From NCBI GenBank assembly GCA_964427405.1, contig CAYRUB010000003.1, positions 64,946 to 128,945 of the forward strand: 64,000 nt of DNA. The letters are read 5' to 3'. This stretch comes from an uncultured Planctomycetales bacterium. GTDB taxonomy: Bacteria; Omnitrophota; Gorgyraeia; Gygaellales; Profunditerraquicolaceae. Made by a program: the position numbers and the translations under genes. Of this stretch, positions 57,202 to 64,000 are shown piece by piece (the first letter of the stretch is position 1; every line of letters begins with the position of its first letter). The notes beneath the pieces were generated by a model. It saw nothing but the letters and a program-made list of their open reading frames with translations, did no database searches and was not told the DNA's origin.

Positions 57202-58372
57202 TCTTCACCTCGTTTAGTGTATCAAAAATCTTTTTGACAACAGAATCCCAATTATACATGCTTTTAACTCTCTCTCTGGCATGCACCCCCATAGACCTCG
57301 CATTCTCACTATCAGACAAGATCTTCGCTATGTATTCAATCATCTCATGTTGGTTATATGGATCGAACAAATAACCCGATAGTCCATGGACAACCTCATC
57401 GTTTGTAAAGTTTGTTCTCACAACTGGAGTTTCACATGCCATGGACTCCAATACAAACAAGCTATTGCAACTGGTTCCGGAACCAATACCTGTGTAAACG
57501 CAAACATCGGCAAGTGAATAATAAAACGGCAAATCATCGATGCTAACAAAACCGACGACCTGTACATTTCTTTCTACACCCAGTCTTTTTATTTTATTCA
57601 AAAGATCCTTAATAACCTTTTTGTTCTCGAATACATGCGTTATGAGAAGCAGACTATTTGGAAACCTTCTAACTATATCTGGCATAGCACTAACAATAAA
57701 ATCGGATCTTTTCAAAGCAGTATAATCTGTGGCGTGCAGGATTATTTTCCTATCACTATACAATCTTATTAGGTCGTCACTATCCTTCCTTCGGAAAAAC
57801 TCAGTATCTACGCCGACATAAGTTGGTAATGATTCCCGATCATATACACGCTTTATCCATTTAGAAACACCTTCTACCGTTGTTAATACCCTCTCAGCAT
57901 TACGGGTTGCACGAATATCCTGTTTAGCATATAATAGTCGCATCAATTTTGCAAAACCTCTTCTATAAAAAGACCAATCGCTTATAGATTGCTTATCGTG
58001 GAATATTACATAGGGCTCAAAGCAATATTGCACATACTTTTTCTTCATTCTTTGAGCGATAATGTTCATCGGGAACATGCTGACAACTATAACATCGTAT
58101 TCATCAAGCTCCGTTTTCAAGTTTTCAATATCCCTATTAAGATAGAGCGGCAAGAATAACCAAAAAAACATAGAATAAGTTGAAGCTGTTCCTATGGTTT
58201 TAAATCCAATCCCTTCCTTTAAAAACATATCCTTTATTCTGTCTTCCGCTGTCTGTGAAAAGACATCTATCCTACAGTATTTTCCGAGTCTTTTTGTGAC
58301 TTCAAATATAAATTTGTTGCCTCCTGTCCAGTGATGAAAGTTAGAATTAAGCCAAGCAATTTTCATAAGCAT
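57188..58372 (-). CDS. Glycosyltransferase family 4 (GT-B)
   Basis: 394 aa with the GT4 C-terminal domain E-x7-E region. Confidence 0.8.
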   Translation of the reverse strand: MLMKIAWLNSNFHHWTGGNKFIFEVTKRLGKYCRIDVFSQTAEDRIKDMFLKEGIGFKTIGTASTYSMFFWLFLPLYLNRDIENLKTELDEYDVIVVSMFPMNIIAQRMKKKYVQYCFEPYVIFHDKQSISDWSFYRRGFAKLMRLLYAKQDIRATRNAERVLTTVEGVSKWIKRVYDRESLPTYVGVDTEFFRRKDSDDLIRLYSDRKIILHATDYTALKRSDFIVSAMPDIVRRFPNSLLLITHVFENKKVIKDLLNKIKRLGVERNVQVVGFVSIDDLPFYYSLADVCVYTGIGSGTSCNSLFVLESMACETPVVRTNFTNDEVVHGLSGYLFDPYNQHEMIEYIAKILSDSENARSMGVHARERVKSMYNWDSVVKKIFDTLNEVKNGAS

Positions 58373-59508
58373 ACCCCAGCAGCAATCTCTACAGCGCGAT
58401 TCAAATCTTTCGCGTATTTCTGCGGAGTAAAATCCGATATCAATTGCCTGGATTTCTCTCCCATCGTTTTTCTTAAGCCTTTCTCCCTGAAAAGCAAATT
58501 AAGCTTATCTGCTAGTTCATCAGAATCGTGCGGGTTAAAAACATATCCGTTTATTCCGTCTTTTACCAAATCTTTCGCCGCACCTACCATGGAAGAACAT
58601 AGAACAGGAAGTCCACACGCCATTGCTTCGTTCAGAACCAACCCCCATACCTCTATTAACGAGGGCAGCACAAACACATCTGCTATAGCATAATATTCAT
58701 ATAATTTCTCCGCTTTCTGACTACCCTCAAAGTAGACGTTTTTTATATTATTGCGATTCACAAAATCTTCATTTTTTGATCTTTCTGGACCATCACCAAC
58801 TATAACTAAACCCATATCTTTATTATAAATCTTGCTAAAAGCTTCTAACAGCACCCCAAGACCCTTTCTTTCAATAAGTTGTCCGGAAAACAGTATAACA
58901 TGCTTGGGAAATCTTTTTTGCATCTTAATTTCATCTTTACGCATACCGATTTCAAAGCTTCTTTGCGAAAACGATAGAATATCCACAGTATTACATGAAA
59001 CTACTATCTTTTCTTCTTCCGCCCCAAAATACTGCAAATATTCTTTCGACAAGCTACCATAGGCCAAGTACGCATCTGCATTTTTAATAAAAGCTTTTTT
59101 TAGCACATCAACTATCGGATTTTTTATCCTTCTACTCAAAAGAGTACTTCCGCTCCACAGTACCAATTTTTTTTTAAATAGCTTTGTATAGGCTAAAACA
59201 AAACAATATCCCGGTAACTCATATCCTTCGGAAACGACTACATCAAAATTACCTTTGACTAAAAGAGGCAGCAACCCAAAATTTATATGCATACTAAGAT
59301 CCAGCTTTCTACAAAAGTAATTCAAACCCTTCAATATTTCAAATTTATACTTGATACGTCCTTCACAGGTATCCCAGTCTCTATTGCTATGAATCCTACT
59401 CATGTAAAAAACCTTTAAGCCTGGATTAAATTCTCTAAAATAGTTCAAAACCGGTATCCTACAAGGATGAATGATATTGGTTATAAGCGCTATATTCTTG
59501 ACTGTCAT
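58363..59508 (-). CDS. Glycosyltransferase family 4 (GT-B)
   Basis: Start set to the ATG at 59508, giving an ATGA overlap with the upstream methyltransferase stop. Contains the GT4 motifs. Confidence 0.8.
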   Translation of the reverse strand: MTVKNIALITNIIHPCRIPVLNYFREFNPGLKVFYMSRIHSNRDWDTCEGRIKYKFEILKGLNYFCRKLDLSMHINFGLLPLLVKGNFDVVVSEGYELPGYCFVLAYTKLFKKKLVLWSGSTLLSRRIKNPIVDVLKKAFIKNADAYLAYGSLSKEYLQYFGAEEEKIVVSCNTVDILSFSQRSFEIGMRKDEIKMQKRFPKHVILFSGQLIERKGLGVLLEAFSKIYNKDMGLVIVGDGPERSKNEDFVNRNNIKNVYFEGSQKAEKLYEYYAIADVFVLPSLIEVWGLVLNEAMACGLPVLCSSMVGAAKDLVKDGINGYVFNPHDSDELADKLNLLFREKGLRKTMGEKSRQLISDFTPQKYAKDLNRAVEIAAGVCL

Positions 59509-60230
59509 GTTTTTTTCGCTTGGATGATCAGATCGCCGCAAAGTAGAGATGGCCAAAAGTTTCTAACATCGGCTAAAAAACCGCTACCACTCTTTTTCTC
59601 AATTTTGAACCCGTTCGATTCAAATAACCAACAAAGTTTGTCCATTGTAAAGTAATGTATCGCGCCGCCGTCCCAACCAATTTCCTGCCAGTTATGCGCC
59701 GCTGAAACTGAAGGTAATTTCCCTAAAAGAAGACCTATGCGCCTAGGAAAATAAGCAATATTACTAACCTCTACTACCACAGAGCCTCCACTCTTTAAAA
59801 CACGACTTATCTCTCTGATAAGACCAAAAATATCATAAACAAGATGAATCACGGATATGGAAACGATAGTATCAAAAAATTCACCTGAAAAAGGAAAAGG
59901 TTCAGTAGCATTACTTTCTATCCATTTGATTTTGCCTGCTTTCACAGGGTACATACTCTTTGTCTTATTTTCTGCTTCACGCAATATAGAAGAAGATATA
60001 TCCATACCATAAAGTTCCTTATGCTTGCTTAATATTCTTCGTAAAAAACCCCCATCGCCGCAACCTATGTCCAATATTCTTTCACTAGGAGCAACGAAAC
60101 GCTCTACTATGCTACACCTGTCATAATCATATTTCTTGAGCAAATCTCTCATACCCCAATAATTTCTCATAGGTAGATATTTCAGTTTTTTCTCACCATA
60201 CTGCCTTTCAGAAAGACCTTTTTCATCCAT
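59505..60230 (-). CDS. Class I SAM-dependent methyltransferase
   Basis: 241 aa with motif I ILDIGCGDG. Confidence 0.8.
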   Translation of the reverse strand: MDEKGLSERQYGEKKLKYLPMRNYWGMRDLLKKYDYDRCSIVERFVAPSERILDIGCGDGGFLRRILSKHKELYGMDISSSILREAENKTKSMYPVKAGKIKWIESNATEPFPFSGEFFDTIVSISVIHLVYDIFGLIREISRVLKSGGSVVVEVSNIAYFPRRIGLLLGKLPSVSAAHNWQEIGWDGGAIHYFTMDKLCWLFESNGFKIEKKSGSGFLADVRNFWPSLLCGDLIIQAKKT

Positions 60231-60232
60231 AG

Positions 60233-61600
60233 CTAAACCTTTATCCCGATTTTTAAAGGAGCATTCTTTTTTTGTTTCAATTCTACTAAAGACATAATAA
60301 TCCCCATGCTGATAAAAAACATCACCTGATTGGTTATATAACCGCTGAACATTGCCATTGTTAGATTATAAACAAATAATAATAAAGCTAATTTTGTTAG
60401 TATGCTTAAATTATCGTTTCGTTCATTCTTTATAAATTTAAAAGCTCTCTTAATGGTTAAATAACACATGGATAGAAACATAAACAAACCAATAATTCCA
60501 AGTTCAGACGCAACTTCAAATATTATATTATGAGGAATGCCAACGCCGATATCTTTCCCTGAGTTTCCAATCCCGACGCCTAAAATAGGATGCCTCTTAA
60601 AATCTTCCACAGCGTTTTTCCACATAATAATTCTCTGCGCAACAGTGCTCTGTGTCCAAGGCATATTTTCATACTCGAAACTGTTTTTATACCTGTCGGT
60701 GGTGAATTGCGGAGTAAATCGATAAAAAATCAGGATTACAATGACGAAAAGGATAGTTAAATAAAAACCTCTCTTAATCCCCTTAAGCATAAATATAAAA
60801 TAAAAAACTATGGTAAGAATAAAACTTAGTAAGGCTCCTCGCGAACCAGATCTTACAAGCAAATATGCAAATGGGATTATTAAAATAAGGCTTTTAAATT
60901 TATTTTTATTTTTCTCGCAGGCACTGATAAATACGATCAAAAGCGTGACTGCAAAAGTAACTCCGAATACAATATGATTTGACCAACCATCCTTTGTAAT
61001 ATCTATAGAAAATCTTTCTACCTTATTAAGCGCCGGATTAGATATAAGTTCATAAAATGAAAAAAATGCTATAATTATGCTAAGATATACGCAGTAATTA
61101 AAAAACCTTCTTATTCTCACCTCTGTTAATAAAAGCCGAGTGATAGCATACGGCATGATAACCATTAAAGGTGCATAAGCAAGTTTTATATAAGTTGCCT
61201 TAGTTCCTGTATAAAATATGAAATAGCTTAGAAAAATCCATAAAAATAAAGAAACAAATAATACATCAACTAATGAAGGTTTAGGTGGGAATCGTTTTTT
61301 AACTCCCAAGAGAATTGCCCCAAAAAAAGGAGAAAATACCAAAGTGGCATATAAAGATCCTGTTAACAATCTATTCCCGTCTATACCCAATTTGTATATC
61401 ACATAAAAATAGATGAGCATCCCGTTAAATAAAATTGCTAAAGATAGTTCAGGTTTTTTAACTAAAATAACAAATAAAATCAGACCTATTCCTAGCGTAA
61501 ACAATGTCTTTTCTTTGTAAACTAGCGGACCAAGCCAAAACAGCACCAATATCAAAACCAAAATAGCGATACAGTCTTTTGCTATTACCGATACTCTCAT
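60233..61600 (-). CDS. O-antigen ligase / Wzy-like membrane protein (third copy)
   Basis: 455 aa, polytopic. Confidence 0.6.
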   Translation of the reverse strand: MRVSVIAKDCIAILVLILVLFWLGPLVYKEKTLFTLGIGLILFVILVKKPELSLAILFNGMLIYFYVIYKLGIDGNRLLTGSLYATLVFSPFFGAILLGVKKRFPPKPSLVDVLFVSLFLWIFLSYFIFYTGTKATYIKLAYAPLMVIMPYAITRLLLTEVRIRRFFNYCVYLSIIIAFFSFYELISNPALNKVERFSIDITKDGWSNHIVFGVTFAVTLLIVFISACEKNKNKFKSLILIIPFAYLLVRSGSRGALLSFILTIVFYFIFMLKGIKRGFYLTILFVIVILIFYRFTPQFTTDRYKNSFEYENMPWTQSTVAQRIIMWKNAVEDFKRHPILGVGIGNSGKDIGVGIPHNIIFEVASELGIIGLFMFLSMCYLTIKRAFKFIKNERNDNLSILTKLALLLFVYNLTMAMFSGYITNQVMFFISMGIIMSLVELKQKKNAPLKIGIKV

Positions 61601-61610
61601 TATAGCTTCC

Positions 61611-62441
61611 TCAATGTAATTTTATCATTTTTATAAACCGCTTTATCTTTCTAATAATCATTCTTAGCCTGCCTAAATCCTGCACGTCTTTTACTTCCTC
61701 TTTCCGGAGAATCCTACGAGGATAAAAACCTCTTGATTGCAAAGAATATCCCGAACAATCATGATCGTCATCGATCGATGCAAATAATTCATATTTTGGT
61801 ATAGCAAGCTTAATAGGCAGCCAATGAATATCCGTACCCTTCTTCTCAAAATCAAAAGGTGTTTCTTTTGGCCACCTTTTTAAAAAAGGGTCATTCTTAT
61901 TAACCACTTTTTTAAAAAATTCGGTATTGAAAATGCTAACGGCAGAAATAATATAACTGGGACAATTTTTTTGCGCTATGGCATTTGTCTTTTTATCCAG
62001 AAAAAATGTTTCTATATTAGCGTATTCATTTTTCTCTATCCCATCATATATCTGCCTTAATTTTCCTTGTCGCCACCAGGAATAAAATAGACTTTCGCTA
62101 CCGCTATCTTTCATCTCTTCCAGGATAACCCTGTACTTATCGACATCCACCAAATTGATATGATCTTCGACCCAGAATAGTACAAATTCGGTATCGATTT
62201 CCGGTAATAGCTTTCTGGTATCGGCAAACCAACCCCGTCCGCTCTCTATGGCATGAGCTGACAATTTACAACCTAAGTGATCGTGTAAGAAAAACAAAGC
62301 CTCTACCTTATATTTACCACGCGCATTAATTACCCAACGCTGTGCATCTATATCTTTAAAAGATAGAAATGAATCCCGCATTCTACAGAATCTTTCTTGA
62401 TCGTTGATGCGAAAATTGGCAAATATCGTCAATGTCGGCAT
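61611..62441 (-). CDS. Hypothetical protein; no confident family assignment
   Basis: 276 aa soluble ORF, tightly packed within the glycan operon. Contains acidic IDDDHD. Confidence 0.4.
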   Translation of the reverse strand: MPTLTIFANFRINDQERFCRMRDSFLSFKDIDAQRWVINARGKYKVEALFFLHDHLGCKLSAHAIESGRGWFADTRKLLPEIDTEFVLFWVEDHINLVDVDKYRVILEEMKDSGSESLFYSWWRQGKLRQIYDGIEKNEYANIETFFLDKKTNAIAQKNCPSYIISAVSIFNTEFFKKVVNKNDPFLKRWPKETPFDFEKKGTDIHWLPIKLAIPKYELFASIDDDHDCSGYSLQSRGFYPRRILRKEEVKDVQDLGRLRMIIRKIKRFIKMIKLH

Positions 62442-62450
62442 TTTTTTATC

Positions 62451-63608
62451 CTATTCCCAAAACTTCGCATTACGATTGATATTACTAACAATATCTTCCT
62501 TAATTTCATTATTATAAACACCCGCCTTGAGAATAACCACAGGCAATTTAACATCTTTTAGTATCTTAGGTGAACTAACGAGTAGCGAGGTGCCATAAAG
62601 CCTCTTGCCTTGTTTATTGGGATCATTGTCCAGAAGGCAGACAATGCGGCTTATATCCAAACCAAAAGCAATTAGATACTGTACGAAAACATGAGCCCCA
62701 AACAAGTAAACAGGTTGTTCACTAGCCCGTATCTTTTGATTAAGCTCTGTAATGAGCTTCTCGTGATACCTCACATAATCTTGGTACAATTTCTTGTTTT
62801 TCTCATACAACCCTTGAGGAAGTTTTAGAGGTTTTACAGATGAATCCCGAACTACCGCATAAAAAATACTATGGTCTTCCATAAAGTATTCTTTTCCGAT
62901 AAGGCGAAAGCCGTGTTTGGCTAGCAAATAGTCCACATACGGTTCAGTAAGAAATGTCGTGTGTTCAAAATTTATACAGTTAGTATATTTACGCTCTAGC
63001 ATTACCTGCATGTTCGGAATTGAAAAGATTAGGTTTTTACCCTCATCGATAAAACTGGAAAGATGACTCATAAATTCATCTGGTTCATAAATATGTTCAA
63101 ATACATGCGCATGCACAACCGCATCAAAATATTCATTGAATCGAAAACTATGATCAAAAAAACCTTTAATAAAACGAGCTCTCACCCCTTCCAGTGGGGA
63201 TGGATTCGGCTCCAATATTGTCCAGGGAACGCGACCCAACTCATCGTATTCTTTCGATAGTATCCCATGAGAACCACCAATCTCAAATATTGCAGTTAAA
63301 TTATATTGATGAATGAAATCTGCAAAGGCTTTATGGTGCTTATTCCACAATTCCCCCACACATCCCGCCCCATGCGATTCTGGATATAGGACATTAAGTG
63401 GCAATAAAGCTCCTAGCTGAATTAATCCAGAACTTTTGCTAATCATCCAGGCCATATCCGCATTTAGGTCAGCACTCTCTATACTATTGCTACACCCCAT
63501 AAAAACAGGAAATTGTTTAAAAGTATAAAGAGGTTCTAAATCTTGCATTAGCGTTACGGCGCAAGTATTTCTTTTAATAAATTCCATTTTGTTTTCCATT
63601 CTGTTCAT
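62451..63608 (-). CDS. SAM-dependent methyltransferase (two-domain, sugar C/O-methyltransferase-like)
   Basis: 385 aa with MT motif I FEIGGSHG and an additional C-terminal domain. Confidence 0.65.
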   Translation of the reverse strand: MNRMENKMEFIKRNTCAVTLMQDLEPLYTFKQFPVFMGCSNSIESADLNADMAWMISKSSGLIQLGALLPLNVLYPESHGAGCVGELWNKHHKAFADFIHQYNLTAIFEIGGSHGILSKEYDELGRVPWTILEPNPSPLEGVRARFIKGFFDHSFRFNEYFDAVVHAHVFEHIYEPDEFMSHLSSFIDEGKNLIFSIPNMQVMLERKYTNCINFEHTTFLTEPYVDYLLAKHGFRLIGKEYFMEDHSIFYAVVRDSSVKPLKLPQGLYEKNKKLYQDYVRYHEKLITELNQKIRASEQPVYLFGAHVFVQYLIAFGLDISRIVCLLDNDPNKQGKRLYGTSLLVSSPKILKDVKLPVVILKAGVYNNEIKEDIVSNINRNAKFWE

Positions 63609-64000
63609 TCAAAATCTGTTTACCTAAAGCAAAAAGTAAAAGACTGTAAGGATAATGGTGCAATGCGGCGATGTTTAGATATACCAAAGCCGTCAATGTC
63701 CAAACTTTTTTCTTGTCGTAACCATTTGCAGAAAGCCAATCGGAGAAATATTGTTCGCACTCAACCAGTATCTGTTTTCGATAAAAATCAAAACTGATTT
63801 CATTGGTCTGCCAATCAACCCAGTAATGATCTTTTACAATCAACTCATGACAAATAATAAGTCCATGCAGAAGTTTGGCCAAATCGTAGTAAATGTCCCC
63901 TGTTACCAAAGACCCTCCGAACTCTTGCCGCCAATCCAGAAATGTGAAATGCTGACCGGTCTGCGAGTAGAGAATATTCTCAAAATGAAAGTCGCCATGG
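63574..64000 (-). CDS. Aminoglycoside/choline-kinase-family phosphotransferase (APH-like), C-terminal part; the gene runs off the window end
   Basis: The minus-strand frame is open to the window end and reads HGDFHFENILYSQTGQHFTFLDWRQEF. HGDxHxxN is the Brenner catalytic motif of the APH/ChoK family. Confidence 0.6.
   Translation of the reverse strand, partial: HGDFHFENILYSQTGQHFTFLDWRQEFGGSLVTGDIYYDLAKLLHGLIICHELIVKDHYWVDWQTNEISFDFYRKQILVECEQYFSDWLSANGYDKKKVWTLTALVYLNIAALHHYPYSLLLFALGKQILNEQNGKQNGIY

Overview
This is a bacterial chromosomal segment, probably from an anaerobic diderm: it carries LPS-type heptosyltransferases and GmhB alongside Bcd/EtfAB. Its phylum cannot be assigned from the sequence alone. 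71 of the 72 called genes are on the minus strand; the only plus-strand gene is a GAF-GGDEF diguanylate cyclase. The first ~28 kb is housekeeping: hisH(partial)-hisB-hisD, alaS, recA-recX, smc preceded by a small HTH_17 gene, a bcd-etfB-etfA module, an ArgA-like GNAT, glgC, marC, a sulfatase-like enzyme, a BT1-family transporter, a galT-like x2-gap-pgk-tpiA-secG operon, fmt, and a split, degenerate priA. From ~28.5 kb to the window end there is a >35 kb tightly packed surface-glycan (LPS/O-antigen/EPS-type) biosynthesis supercluster. It holds many GT2/GT4/GT9 glycosyltransferases, five or more methyltransferases, three Wzy/O-antigen-ligase-like membrane proteins, CapD/PglF- and PglC-like enzymes, two DegT aminotransferases, an FdtA-like cupin, RfbF plus a dehydratase, ManC, GmhB, a polysaccharide deacetylase, and a radical-SAM/SPASM enzyme. 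It also contains a carbamoyltransferase / SxtJ-like / DUF5989-like trio, and the third member of that trio is a 52-aa ORF absent from the supplied ORF track. No rRNA, tRNA, CRISPR array, integrase or transposase was recognisable by eye. The only phage-like genes are a Bro-N/DinD-like gene inside the glycan cluster and a small secreted protein with a tail-fiber S74 chaperone domain next to recA. I found no obvious novel defence system. The most notable items are a ~27-nt leader motif shared by two unrelated genes, a catalytic-His to Arg GalT paralog, a Walker-A-less split PriA, and several textbook TTGACA-N16/17-TATAAT promoters, one with an operator-like palindrome in its spacer. Family assignments rest on motifs recognised by eye in the translations; no database search was run.
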